Shown here piece by piece: positions 9,849 to 19,884 of a stretch of DNA of 54,842 nucleotides. The notes beneath the pieces are model-generated. The model worked only from the letters and a program-made list of their open reading frames with translations. It was not told the DNA's origin and searched no databases. This DNA is from a virus (lineage: Duplodnaviria; Caudoviricetes). The number at the start of each line of letters is the position of its first letter. Within the stretch, counting starts at the first letter, position 1. Where the stretch lies: IMG/VR virus record IMGVR_UViG_3300007784_000001, positions 1 to 54,842 of that record; one strand, 5' to 3'. A program made the translations under genes and the position numbers.

Positions 9849-10741
9849 TATTTCCTCGGCATGTATGTGGCCAACCGACCACGTTCTTGGAAGTAATACC
9901 GACGAATGTCAGATGCGACTATATCGTCTTCATTGAACAAATGATTCAGAGGTTTGATAGATTCCTTCGTCAATTCACTTCGATCGTATAACTTGATCTG
10001 TTCATTCGATTGAAGATCTGCCAAACCTTTCGGTGCCCATTTCTCCATGGGAAACCGAGGATTCTTGTTCCTCAACGGAACGCCCAACAATGGGTCACCC
10101 CAACGACGATTCGCAATCATCTCATACGTCTCACCTTCGCGAACCGTATGAAGTGGAGTTTGCTCCATTGGAGTCTGAACATTTCGAACAAGATTGTGAG
10201 GTGTAACCTTCTTGAGAGTAATGGAAAGTGTTACTCCACGAATCGTACCATCGGGTCGAATCTCATCGTACTTCACACCGCCAAGAGACTCGACCAAACA
10301 ACGAATACCGCCAGGGAATGCCAATCCCCAAAAGAAGGTAGTAATCGGAGGACGATTCATCGGAGGAAGAGACTCGCGAAGTTTCTTCAACTGCTCCAAC
10401 TTCTTGGTCGCCGTATAATCTTCCGAATGTTCAGAGAACAATCTGGCCTGAAAAGACAATGTCTCAACAGTACCCCCTACCCATTGAACAAGCGGATTCG
10501 TTCGGGAAAATCCACCTGCCTCGGGTACATTAGCCCCCAATTGATGAGACACATCTTGCGGAGTGAACTGTCCGTAGATTCGATCGCCTTGATGAAGGTT
10601 CGCAGTAGGTGCATCTTCTTGTACCAAGAGATGCCATAACTTAGCATCTCGCACTTTACGAGCAAACGGGTCTTCATCAAAGTTCGGTTGTGGTTCTAAA
10701 ATAATGCTTGTTCCCGAAACAACTGACGATGCTTGTGCCAT
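9848..10741 (-). CDS. Tail tube initiator fused to a LysM/gpX domain (Afp7-like)
   Basis: PLVQWVGG..ETLSF tube-like domain plus HTVREGETYEMIA..WGDP LysM; directly after the tape measure. Confidence 0.8.
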   Translation of the reverse strand: MAQASSVVSGTSIILEPQPNFDEDPFARKVRDAKLWHLLVQEDAPTANLHQGDRIYGQFTPQDVSHQLGANVPEAGGFSRTNPLVQWVGGTVETLSFQARLFSEHSEDYTATKKLEQLKKLRESLPPMNRPPITTFFWGLAFPGGIRCLVESLGGVKYDEIRPDGTIRGVTLSITLKKVTPHNLVRNVQTPMEQTPLHTVREGETYEMIANRRWGDPLLGVPLRNKNPRFPMEKWAPKGLADLQSNEQIKLYDRSELTKESIKPLNHLFNEDDIVASDIRRYYFQERGRLATYMPRK

Positions 10742-10749
10742 ATCTACCT

Positions 10750-10767
10750 CGTCTCACCGGTTAGACA
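10750..10767. repeat. Palindrome copy 3 (CGTCTCACCGGTTAGACA)
   Basis: Provides the GTC-TAA (Val-stop) end of the tape measure gene. Confidence 0.95.
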
Positions 10768-13436
10768 GAACGACTGAATCCAGTTTCGCGAAGTGAGCGT
10801 CGTTGTCCCGGAGGAAGTCGACCGCCACCACGTTCAAGTTGAGTCACGTTTGCACGCCCTACAGCCCGAGCTATTTCACGTCCATCTAACATCACAGGAA
10901 TTGAAATGTTCATGGTTCCACCGCCGCCACCAGGAACCGTAGGAGTAGGACCGGCCATCATTCCCTCTCCTGCCATCGATACAGCAGGACCAGCCATAGC
11001 TCCCTGACGAGCAAGTACTGCATTCGCAAGATGCCGTCGAGATACTACGATATCACCTGACGAGACTCCCATCAAACCACCACGATTGACATATGCATCC
11101 TGAGCAGTAGGAATACTCATACCAGTATCACCCTCAAGTCCTTCCATAATAGAAGCACTTGTTGGAGCTTGCATTTGACTCATAGCAGTTGCAGCACGTC
11201 GTGCTTCGCGCTGTATACTACGCAACTCAGTTTGAAATCCACTCAATTGCCGAATCGTATTTGTTCGTGCTGTAGATAACTCAGCACCTGCACCACCTGC
11301 AAGTGCAGCCGCTTGAGCCGCAGTTCCACGTCCCAACGATCGATGCAATTGCATAATTTGATTTGTAAGCTCTGGGATTTGTTCTCGTTCGGCACCTGCA
11401 CGATGCAATGTTCTAGCAATATCTTCACGTCCAGCCATAGGTATCAACGTTGCCAATCTTTGCATAGCACTTGATCGTTCAGTAGCTAATGCACTTGCTC
11501 GCGTTGTACCTTGTCGTTCCATACGTCTACTAATAAGGTCTTGAGCAGAAGTATCGATTTGACGTTCGCGATCTCTACGACGCCTACCTCTCATTTCTAA
11601 AAATGCTTCAACTGCACGTTGTGCTGCTCCAGCTATATCCGTAATCATCGCAAGAATTGGACCAAGAACAGGTATCCATTCCAGATAATTACCAAGTACA
11701 GCTACAGTATTTCGACGAATATCTGCCATCTCTTCATTGACTCCATCCAATCCTATTGTCCATTGAGCCAAATTATCGGCAGCTTTTATCGACATAAATC
11801 GCATAGCCATACCAGTTAGATGTACCAATCCACCGCTGAATAACTTTGCTGCACCTGCCGCAGCTCTTGACGCACCAACAAATCGAGTTATCCCTGGTGT
11901 ATTTCTTATCAATCCGGTATAGAATCGACCTATGCTTGGAGCTACTCTTGCTATAGCCCCAAACATCGGAATAAATCCACCAAATGCCACGCGAAGACCT
12001 ATCACTGCGGCAGTCGCACGTGGATAGTTGGTTACCAACCACATGAACTGTTTGGCAACCCAACCAAGAGCTTTGACCAACTCAGCAAGATTGAGCATAA
12101 ACTCTCGTATTTGAGTAGCATTCTCTCGAACACGAGGACTCATCTCATTCAATTCATCGCGCATATCCTCGTGCCCATCTTCGAGCATACCCATAACTCG
12201 AATTGCACGAGCTATTTCACGAACGTAAGTTCCAAACCCTTCGCGATTGGTCTCCATCGCACCAAACAAGATCTCACCAAATGCAATTGCCAAATCGGTA
12301 AGACCGTTCTTGAGCTGCTCAACTTGCATATGGAATCCGCGCATACGCTCTTCTTCCATACGCATAATACGACTTGTAACATTTCCTCGATCTTGAATTT
12401 CAGTATTGATTCTCAACATACGACGTGCAGCTTCATTGTATTCAGACAATGAAATACCAGCCGCCAATGCACGTCGACCAAAGATAGCAACTTCTAATTG
12501 CGCTCGTTGCTGTTGAGTCGGCAATCGACCCATAACTTGCATCAACTGAGCCATCAAATCTGGCAATCGACGCAAGTTTCCATGCTCATCATGAACAATT
12601 TGAGACCACGACGATGTTCCTTGAGTAACACGATCTATCTGTTCCTGCACTTGTCGAGATGGGCGAATCAATGCAGCAACGGCACCTCTCAATCGAGTAC
12701 CAGCCGTAGTACCACGTAGACCAACGACAGATAGACCGGCCAATGCTGACATAACTTCATGTGAACGATATCCCAATGCCGACATTTCTGTACCGGCATA
12801 TCGAAATGCTTGCTGCAATTGCTCGATATTGGTCGATGCCATGTTAGCAGCAACTGCTAACTGTCCTGACATCTGATCGGCAAACTCCCGCAACGTTATG
12901 TTCTGTGATGCCATTTCACCACGGAACATATTCATCGTATCGACAAGAAACCGAGTAGCATTATCGGTATCCATCTCAGCAACACGAGCTAATCGCAACG
13001 ATGAACCGATCAAACGCATTGATGCATGAACACCAATACCAGTCTGAATCATCGTGGTCATTGCAGTGTTTGCTTCGGTAGTCGAGTATCCAAGATTGAT
13101 AGCAGCACGTTCAGCAACAGCAGACGATATCCGTGCATTCTGACGTTGTGCATTCGTAGTCGCAGCAAGAGTTGTTCTCAACTGCGCTTGTGCACGAGAA
13201 TAATCAGCATACGCAGTCACTGTCCTACGTATCCCAAGACCTAGTGCAACCATTGAACCGGCAGCACCAATCATGAGACCGCGCATCCCAAGCATACCGG
13301 CCTTGAGCTGTGTCATGGCTTGCTTGAGATTCTTGACTTCTCTACTGAGATTCTTGGTCTTTTGCGCCGCTGGAGCGGCACCAACAACCTGGAACCATAA
13401 GATGTGCTTGTTTTTTGTGGCGGCCATGGTGCCCAC
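10761..13436 (-). CDS. Tail tape measure protein (TP901-type core); likely start ATG 13427
   Basis: AANMASTNIEQLQQAFRYAG and GLRGTTAGTRLR motifs; Ala/Arg-rich helical; hydrophobic segments; C-terminal LDGREIAR. Confidence 0.92.
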   Translation of the reverse strand: MGTMAATKNKHILWFQVVGAAPAAQKTKNLSREVKNLKQAMTQLKAGMLGMRGLMIGAAGSMVALGLGIRRTVTAYADYSRAQAQLRTTLAATTNAQRQNARISSAVAERAAINLGYSTTEANTAMTTMIQTGIGVHASMRLIGSSLRLARVAEMDTDNATRFLVDTMNMFRGEMASQNITLREFADQMSGQLAVAANMASTNIEQLQQAFRYAGTEMSALGYRSHEVMSALAGLSVVGLRGTTAGTRLRGAVAALIRPSRQVQEQIDRVTQGTSSWSQIVHDEHGNLRRLPDLMAQLMQVMGRLPTQQQRAQLEVAIFGRRALAAGISLSEYNEAARRMLRINTEIQDRGNVTSRIMRMEEERMRGFHMQVEQLKNGLTDLAIAFGEILFGAMETNREGFGTYVREIARAIRVMGMLEDGHEDMRDELNEMSPRVRENATQIREFMLNLAELVKALGWVAKQFMWLVTNYPRATAAVIGLRVAFGGFIPMFGAIARVAPSIGRFYTGLIRNTPGITRFVGASRAAAGAAKLFSGGLVHLTGMAMRFMSIKAADNLAQWTIGLDGVNEEMADIRRNTVAVLGNYLEWIPVLGPILAMITDIAGAAQRAVEAFLEMRGRRRRDRERQIDTSAQDLISRRMERQGTTRASALATERSSAMQRLATLIPMAGREDIARTLHRAGAEREQIPELTNQIMQLHRSLGRGTAAQAAALAGGAGAELSTARTNTIRQLSGFQTELRSIQREARRAATAMSQMQAPTSASIMEGLEGDTGMSIPTAQDAYVNRGGLMGVSSGDIVVSRRHLANAVLARQGAMAGPAVSMAGEGMMAGPTPTVPGGGGGTMNISIPVMLDGREIARAVGRANVTQLERGGGRLPPGQRRSLRETGFSRSV

Positions 13437-13457
13437 TCCCGATATAGTTAGTGATGA

Positions 13458-13622
13458 CTATTTTTTGTTGAGCTTAGTCAGCGTGTCCATCACTGATTTC
13501 ATCTCAACTGAAGTTATCGAACCAATATCGAAAGTAAGCGCACCTCCCGATGCGTACGCTATAGTAGTGATCGTTTTGATCGCTTCTTCCGCCGGGGCGA
13601 TCGGGAGGAAATTGCGAAAAAA
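13458..13622 (-). CDS. -1 frameshift extension of the tail assembly chaperone (GT-like)
   Basis: T_TTT_TTC at 13622-13616; the -1 frame is open for 52 codons (RNFLPIAPAEEAIKT...TKLNKK) to TAG at 13460-13458, just before the tape measure. Confidence 0.7.
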   Translation of the reverse strand, partial: FFRNFLPIAPAEEAIKTITTIAYASGGALTFDIGSITSVEMKSVMDTLTKLNKK

Positions 13623-14530
13623 CGGTCGTACGTCCAGTCTACCAGGTCGTAAAAAGATTCACCACACTTTGGGCACTGACCTTCAATTTCCCATCGCGGG
13701 CCGGCAAAAACACCTTCCATGACACCTTGGCACTTCTCGACATCGTACTTACTGAACTGAGATACTTCCTTCTCAGTCAATACAGTACCATCTGGCATGC
13801 CTTCGATTTCAACAACACAATTGGTAACCATGGCCAAGAATATTTCGGCGTCGTTGATCGAAGTCGGGAATCCCGAACCAAGCATACTCCACAACGGTGG
13901 TTTCATTTTGAGCTTGGTCTTGTGATCTCCATTCATATCGAATCCATCTTTCAACTCAACATCGGTTATCAAGTCAGATGGATTCTCGACAATTCCAACT
14001 TCCAATGTCGAAAGGTCAGCAACGAATGGAAATTTATGACGACACGATGGACATGTGATTTCTCCCAAATCCATCTCTTTGCCAAGAGTCGCCAATCGAA
14101 GATAGGCATACATGTAAAACACGTCTGCCTGGTACATCCGATTCAGAATGAGAAGTACCTTCTCAAACTTGAACTTGGTAATATCCTGATTGCCAATCTT
14201 AGTGATCGTATTGGCCAGAATAGTTCCCATGTACTCCGCAAGATTCAATCGATCTCGTCGAGCACCCCATTGTTGATTGATCTGACGTTCGATATTCCAA
14301 TTCAATGGACGAAGATCGAAACCACGAACGAGCTTCCCCTCGCTATCTATACCAATAGGAAGTTTCTGCCCCCAATCAGCAATGGTAGGATTCGACATCC
14401 ATGCCTTACATTTCGGACATCGACGGAACTCGCCAGATTGAGAATATCCACACTCTGGACATTCGCACAGTTCATCGCCCTCATCTTCATTGAGAAGCTG
14501 GGCAAGCGTCTTCTGTTGTGCTTCAGACAT
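13559..14530 (-). CDS. Tail assembly chaperone (T4 gp26-like, Zn-ribbon containing)
   Basis: Between tube and tape measure; CPECG/CPKCK, CPSCR and CPKCG motifs; two similar halves. Confidence 0.65.
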   Translation of the reverse strand: MSEAQQKTLAQLLNEDEGDELCECPECGYSQSGEFRRCPKCKAWMSNPTIADWGQKLPIGIDSEGKLVRGFDLRPLNWNIERQINQQWGARRDRLNLAEYMGTILANTITKIGNQDITKFKFEKVLLILNRMYQADVFYMYAYLRLATLGKEMDLGEITCPSCRHKFPFVADLSTLEVGIVENPSDLITDVELKDGFDMNGDHKTKLKMKPPLWSMLGSGFPTSINDAEIFLAMVTNCVVEIEGMPDGTVLTEKEVSQFSKYDVEKCQGVMEGVFAGPRWEIEGQCPKCGESFYDLVDWTYDRFFAISSRSPRRKKRSKRSLL

Positions 14531-14580
14531 TGGCTCACTCCAAATACACGTCTAGCGTGCTTGTGAGTAAGAAGGATATG

Positions 14581-15018
14581 TTAGACGGAGAGAACGTCGT
14601 CGGCTTTGAAGGTCCACTCGATCTTGTGGAGTTCGCCTTCGTTAGCCATATCAAGATCTCCGGTCTTCCGCTTTGTGGGGAACATTCCGACCAAAATCAT
14701 CGTCTTCCGATTGATACCGGAAATCGAAGACAAGATCAGAGTTCCCGTCTTTTTGTAAGCTGGATTGACCGGGTCTTGTGAATCCTGGAACCACTGCTCC
14801 ATTGCTGCCATCTCCAACTTATGATGGAGTGGCATGGTCGCCGTGAATTCAACCGGCTTCGTATTCCCGCCCGAAGCTGCCGTCCTGTCTGGCAGGTCGA
14901 CATTCTCAAGCTCTTCCTCCAAGCCCGCAATCTCGATGAACGTGATTGGCGGGAGGTCCCGGATTCGAAGCTCATACTTATTGAGCGGGATGTGGTCTGG
15001 TAGCAGAACACCTTTCAT
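14581..15018 (-). CDS. Tail tube protein (T4 gp19 / Afp1-like)
   Basis: 145 aa; F.EIAGL, W..D.Q, KTGTLIL, FPTK...DLD motifs; after the sheath. Confidence 0.85.
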   Translation of the reverse strand: MKGVLLPDHIPLNKYELRIRDLPPITFIEIAGLEEELENVDLPDRTAASGGNTKPVEFTATMPLHHKLEMAAMEQWFQDSQDPVNPAYKKTGTLILSSISGINRKTMILVGMFPTKRKTGDLDMANEGELHKIEWTFKADDVLSV

Positions 15019-15072
15019 CCCGATGCCTCCTATCGTGTCACCTCGGTTACGGACTCGGAGCTTCTCGTTGTG

Positions 15073-15360
15073 CTAGCCCAGAATCTCGAAGTGAACGTCA
15101 GCACCCGACACATTGACGTCCGCGCCATTGGCCAGAGTGAATCCCGTGTCGGTCAACGTCACACCGGCGTCTGTACCCGTCGTGGTCGACATGTACGAAT
15201 CACCAGCCATCTCGTCTGTCTTGTATCCGTGCTCGATGGTACCACCGGACACTACGAAAAACTTGACCGTCCGAGGCTTGAACGGACAAAGAGCAAACGG
15301 TACGTCCGCTGCCGCACCCTTCACAACACCATGATAGTGACTAACACTCGGGCTTGCCAT
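15073..15360 (-). CDS. Small beta-rich virion protein
   Basis: 95 aa with GAGGTG SD, between sheath and tube. Confidence 0.55.
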   Translation of the reverse strand: MASPSVSHYHGVVKGAAADVPFALCPFKPRTVKFFVVSGGTIEHGYKTDEMAGDSYMSTTTGTDAGVTLTDTGFTLANGADVNVSGADVHFEILG

Positions 15361-15372
15361 AATCTCACCTCT

Positions 15373-15390
15373 TGTCTAACCGGTTATACA
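15373..15390. repeat. Palindrome copy 4 (TGTCTAACCGGTTATACA)
   Basis: Intergenic after the sheath gene, just upstream of an SD. Confidence 0.95.
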
Positions 15391-15418
15391 CTGAATCGTC
15401 CGTTCTTGTCTAAGACAA

Positions 15419-17896
15419 TCAGGTCGACTCGGTAAGACCCAATGCTCCAATGATGAAGTTGAGCCTCTCCACGGTATCAGCAAACCGCAGAGAAATCTCC
15501 ATGTTTTGATTGCCCTGTGCACGAGTCGCGTCGGTGTTGTTCTCCTCATCCATCTTGATGATGGCTGCCGGGTTCCGACCACCGACAAACGTCTCGCCAC
15601 GAATTGCACGCTTCCGCCACTCATCGAGGAAGTATGCATGAACAGCCGCAATGACATCCGAATCGGCTTCTGGGTCATTGATCTGGAAAATGGCCCAATC
15701 GAAGTTCTCGATGATGACATTCTCGTAATGCGAGAGCTGCTCACGCTTGTGCTTCCAGCGGTACACCGTAGTGTTGTCCAACGTCCGATCGCCCCATGCA
15801 ACGATCGTTGAACCACCGGATGCCCAACGATATGCATTGACGCCAGCGGGATTGAGCAACTCTTCGTTGAGACGAGTCGGCTTGTCCGGTCGACCCAACA
15901 CAGGCGCACGCACTACAAGCGGCAAGGTAACTTCAGTGCCAGCAGATGCCTTATGGTAGCCGTCCCAATCGCGAGCCACCATAGCTTCACGACCCAACTG
16001 CATACCACTGACAGACACCAATTGCTCACGTGCCTCTGAACCAGAGAGTGCAAGCGGGTCACGAATGTACATGAATGACGGGAAGAATACGACAGCAAGA
16101 TCGAGACGACCGTATGAGTTGTTGAGCCAATCCAAAATGTCCAGCTCATTCACATACTCATCAGGAATCTCAGGCCGTGCCATCCAGTTGTAGGCCAAGC
16201 ACAGTGTTTTGACCTTCTTCTGGAGATCAAGAGCTTCTGTCGGTTTGGCAATACCAGGTACTGCCACCTTGACCAACCCCTGATTCATGGACTTGAGTTT
16301 GAGCAACGGCGAATCGCCAGAATCGAGCAACGCTTCGTAGTCGGTGGTGGTCATGTTGGCAATGTTGCCGTCATATCCACCCATAGCCTGTTCCGGCCAC
16401 TGAAGCATGTACTCATCGCCAGCACTGTTGCTTCCACCATCGGTCAAATCATTGATAGCGGAAACAGAAACGGTGGTTCGAGTATTGTCAGTGATCGAAT
16501 AGACCCGAGGAGTTGCCGAATTGACGTTCGGATTGACCTTCCCGCCAATCAACGCATCCTCAACCAGAGGACGAAGATAAACGTAGAAGTAATCCGCAAC
16601 TGCAACCGTGCCACTGGTAGTCGACAAGCTGAAGACGCCAGTGTACTGGTCCATTGTGAACGTAATGCCAACTGCCAAATCGCCAGTTGCTTGGAATGTC
16701 CGAGACGAATTCCCGGCACCATCCTCACCGATGTTTGTCGTTACTTCGAATACTTCAGCACCGGCAGTAGCATCAGTGCACTCGACTTTGAGACGTTGAG
16801 GAACAACGCTACTTCCCCAGGACGTCCAAGTGAAATCAGGTACCCAGTCGCCGCTCACGCTCAACCCGGAATACACCGGATCAGCAATGGTCAGCACTTG
16901 TGATGTCAAAGCATCCGATTCACCGTAACGGTTTGCCGGTCGAGAAGTCGCCGCCAATCGGTTACCAGTGAAATCATCTTCGACAGTCACAATGTCATTG
17001 TTCGGATCGTCGTTTACGACATCTTTCCAATAATACGGAGAGGTGTCGTCCATCGAAAGTTCTTCCCAATCGAGGTAGACAACACCATCAACGCGAATTT
17101 GGAGTCCGAACCGACCTACCGGATCAAGTGCACCATCCCGGAACTCTGCCGACATATACTTCTTAACGCCACGATAATTCAGGTTATCCCGATAGATCGT
17201 GACATTGTAGTCGGTTGGAGGTCCAGCGTTGGCCCAATCCGTTACCAGGTCTTCATCTGCCGCGAACGTGAACTCTCCATCGGCTGTGTTAGACACAACC
17301 GTATACGTCTTGGTCGTAATTCCATGGATGTGTACCGTACCATTCTTGTACTCATCCACCTTGAACGTCAACCCACCAGACGTCAGATCGAGCTGAAGTT
17401 GGTTTGCCGATGGAAAGTCAGTCCCAGGAGTTCCAGTGATTTCACCCTGGAAAGTTTTCTGAGCACCACCCCATCGTCCGCCATTCTGCGCTACAAGACG
17501 ACCGATCCGAACAGGTGTTGCTTCGCGGTTATACACTTCCAACGTCGCAGCATCCGGGGTGTCGTCTTGACTTGCAGTAACCGTCCTGGGTACAACGCGC
17601 AAACAAGTCAGAAAGCCGGCGCCTTCAGAATGGTCCCAAAAATGATGCGATGCGAGCGGCGCTTCCAGACTTGCAAACGCCATTGCGTTGAAGTCTGCCG
17701 GGTCAAGAAGACCTCCCATCTTGCGAGTATACGACTTCTTACTCGGCAAGCTGGTAATATCGTTCTCCAGACCACGCTCGAACACACCCATGAAGACCGT
17801 CGACCCAAGTTGACCTTGGACGATGTTCCGTTCGGGCTCGCGCTCCCTGACCTGTACACCTGCACCACGGATGGGACCAAAGACTCTGTCAGCCAT
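15419..17896 (-). CDS. Contractile tail sheath protein
   Basis: N-terminal GVQVRE..F.GVFERG; C-terminal LNPAGVN, VAWGDRTL, FAD.VER motifs; 825 aa with insertion domains. Confidence 0.92.
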   Translation of the reverse strand: MADRVFGPIRGAGVQVREREPERNIVQGQLGSTVFMGVFERGLENDITSLPSKKSYTRKMGGLLDPADFNAMAFASLEAPLASHHFWDHSEGAGFLTCLRVVPRTVTASQDDTPDAATLEVYNREATPVRIGRLVAQNGGRWGGAQKTFQGEITGTPGTDFPSANQLQLDLTSGGLTFKVDEYKNGTVHIHGITTKTYTVVSNTADGEFTFAADEDLVTDWANAGPPTDYNVTIYRDNLNYRGVKKYMSAEFRDGALDPVGRFGLQIRVDGVVYLDWEELSMDDTSPYYWKDVVNDDPNNDIVTVEDDFTGNRLAATSRPANRYGESDALTSQVLTIADPVYSGLSVSGDWVPDFTWTSWGSSVVPQRLKVECTDATAGAEVFEVTTNIGEDGAGNSSRTFQATGDLAVGITFTMDQYTGVFSLSTTSGTVAVADYFYVYLRPLVEDALIGGKVNPNVNSATPRVYSITDNTRTTVSVSAINDLTDGGSNSAGDEYMLQWPEQAMGGYDGNIANMTTTDYEALLDSGDSPLLKLKSMNQGLVKVAVPGIAKPTEALDLQKKVKTLCLAYNWMARPEIPDEYVNELDILDWLNNSYGRLDLAVVFFPSFMYIRDPLALSGSEAREQLVSVSGMQLGREAMVARDWDGYHKASAGTEVTLPLVVRAPVLGRPDKPTRLNEELLNPAGVNAYRWASGGSTIVAWGDRTLDNTTVYRWKHKREQLSHYENVIIENFDWAIFQINDPEADSDVIAAVHAYFLDEWRKRAIRGETFVGGRNPAAIIKMDEENNTDATRAQGNQNMEISLRFADTVERLNFIIGALGLTEST

Positions 17897-17911
17897 ACCG
17901 TCGCCTCCTGA

Positions 17912-19303
17912 TCAGGTAATATCCACAGTTTCACTGAACTCGACCGCGCCATCTTCGGTGTGAGTAGTTAGCACCACTCGCGAACCACCCTTCACAGGAT
18001 CTTCATGTAACACCGACGGTGACTTCGGCCCCTTGAACGTAAGCGAAAGGTTTTGAACGGCATGAGCTGCTTCACTGACGAACGGCATTCGAATATCGTT
18101 GACGGTAAACCGAGTCCAGAACGCTCGTTCATCTGAGCGCGATGGACTGCTGAGATCACGAAATTCTCTCTCGATTCTCATTCGGTAGTACTCGTCCAAA
18201 CCGGTAGAACGTAAGAATTGGTTCTCTTCGAAAAATTGTATCACTCGTGATTGTAGGCGGAATTCATCTACAAGACCACCTGTCAATCCATGAATTCGAA
18301 ATTCGAAAGTTGCGCGCCATGGTTCCTTGATGACTACCGCGTTTCCAGTACCTTTATCGACAACGCTTTCTTTAGCCCCCTGATTGTAGGCCGATGTGAA
18401 AGGTACTTCAAGTTGTTGTATCAACAAGCACGGCACTTTTGATACTTCGTACCAATCCTGATGTTGAATGAAGACTACTTCAGGTCGGTATCTTATCAGA
18501 ATCAACGGACGATTGCCCGCTGGAAGTGGTGAAGATAATGTGATTACTTGTGTGTTGACATCGTAACTGTCTAACTGGTTATACAATCGATCCGGGTCTG
18601 CCGATATATCATAGACCCCGGCTACATCTGAAATATTGAATGGAATATTTGTACGATACTCCGATAGGTCGATGGTACTAACATCTGTAGTAAAAGGAGG
18701 AATGTGAGCAAGATTGGCAACAGGGTCGATAGCATTCTCAAGAGCCGGTAACAGACTACGAAGAACGATGTCTTCGATGTAGTCAATGTGTACCTCCATG
18801 AGAACACGAACCTCCGTTACCTCCGGTGTCACCTCCTTATCGGTAGTTTTTAGGTTTAGCGTAACCGCAAACTCCCGATCGGGGAGGATGGGAAACGTTT
18901 CGATGTTCGCGTTGATTTCTGCCTCGGTATTCCAGTTACCCACACCAGCAGCCGACCATGCTGCACCGTCCCAATACAAATCTTCTGTACCATTGTAGAG
19001 GCGTACCTTCACCTCTGTATTGGTCTGTTGGATATTGGGAAGTACTTGCAGCATCTTGAGCTTACGAACCGAGAGTGGATTGGTTACCCACGTTCGCGCC
19101 CATATGTCATCATCGGTGGGATACCACTGGGTTGTCGCATCTCGCTTCAATAAGATACGACCCTCGACAGGAGATACTCTGACTTTCGTCGTGTCAGAGT
19201 ACGTCATCTGGTTATATAAATCCACTCCGTATCCAGTTGCGAAGTGGAATTGTTTCACAAAGTCGTATACTTCTGCTACCGAACCGTAAGTAAGTTCAAT
19301 CAT
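17912..19303 (-). CDS. Putative tail terminator/neck protein with an N-terminal accessory domain
   Basis: 463 aa immediately upstream of the sheath; call from synteny. Confidence 0.5.
   Translation of the reverse strand: MIELTYGSVAEVYDFVKQFHFATGYGVDLYNQMTYSDTTKVRVSPVEGRILLKRDATTQWYPTDDDIWARTWVTNPLSVRKLKMLQVLPNIQQTNTEVKVRLYNGTEDLYWDGAAWSAAGVGNWNTEAEINANIETFPILPDREFAVTLNLKTTDKEVTPEVTEVRVLMEVHIDYIEDIVLRSLLPALENAIDPVANLAHIPPFTTDVSTIDLSEYRTNIPFNISDVAGVYDISADPDRLYNQLDSYDVNTQVITLSSPLPAGNRPLILIRYRPEVVFIQHQDWYEVSKVPCLLIQQLEVPFTSAYNQGAKESVVDKGTGNAVVIKEPWRATFEFRIHGLTGGLVDEFRLQSRVIQFFEENQFLRSTGLDEYYRMRIEREFRDLSSPSRSDERAFWTRFTVNDIRMPFVSEAAHAVQNLSLTFKGPKSPSVLHEDPVKGGSRVVLTTHTEDGAVEFSETVDIT
18568..18585. 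repeat. Palindrome copy 5 (TGTCTAACTGGTTATACA), intragenic
   Basis: 16/18 match, inside the CDS (LYNQLDS). Confidence 0.8.
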
Positions 19304-19884
19304 TACCGTCTTCCTTGTAGTGCTTCTTCAGTTGATCGAATGATCATCTTTGCGAACAAGGCATGAACCTTCGGGTCGGTAGAAACATCGGACATGAAAT
19401 CACGAGCAGGCGATGTCCAAACGCCATTCCCCGTTGGAATATTCTGAGCTTTCCATTCTGCTGGAACTTGTGCCCAGAACGCTCGTCGTTGTGCATCAGT
19501 CGGTCGCCATGTCTGTTTACCCGTCAACCAATTGACGATCGTCTGAAGTCCACCGCTACCTCTTTCGCGACCAGGATGGTTCGGGTTACTAAACCAACCT
19601 ACTCCAACACGAACCATAAAATTACCGGTTCCTAAGTACACACGATTTTTGATTTTCGTGGATAAATGACCGGTGTGATACAATGAACGATTGCTATCCT
19701 TCGCGGCTGCCCAAGGTTCGGTATTCTCTGCATACTTCCCAGACATCATGCGTTTGCGAATTTCTCGTTCAGTGAATTCACTAAACAATTTCATATTGAT
19801 AAACAAACGTCGCGTAGTATTCGGAATGAGTTTCTCGTAATCAAGCTCCTTGCTAACCCTATAATTTACTCTCATTCCTATCAT
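19303..19884 (-). CDS. Tail completion / virion morphogenesis protein (gpG/gpS-like)
   Basis: Basic 193 aa; LYHTGHL and PARDFM motifs; neck position. Confidence 0.6.
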   Translation of the reverse strand: MIGMRVNYRVSKELDYEKLIPNTTRRLFINMKLFSEFTEREIRKRMMSGKYAENTEPWAAAKDSNRSLYHTGHLSTKIKNRVYLGTGNFMVRVGVGWFSNPNHPGRERGSGGLQTIVNWLTGKQTWRPTDAQRRAFWAQVPAEWKAQNIPTGNGVWTSPARDFMSDVSTDPKVHALFAKMIIRSTEEALQGRR

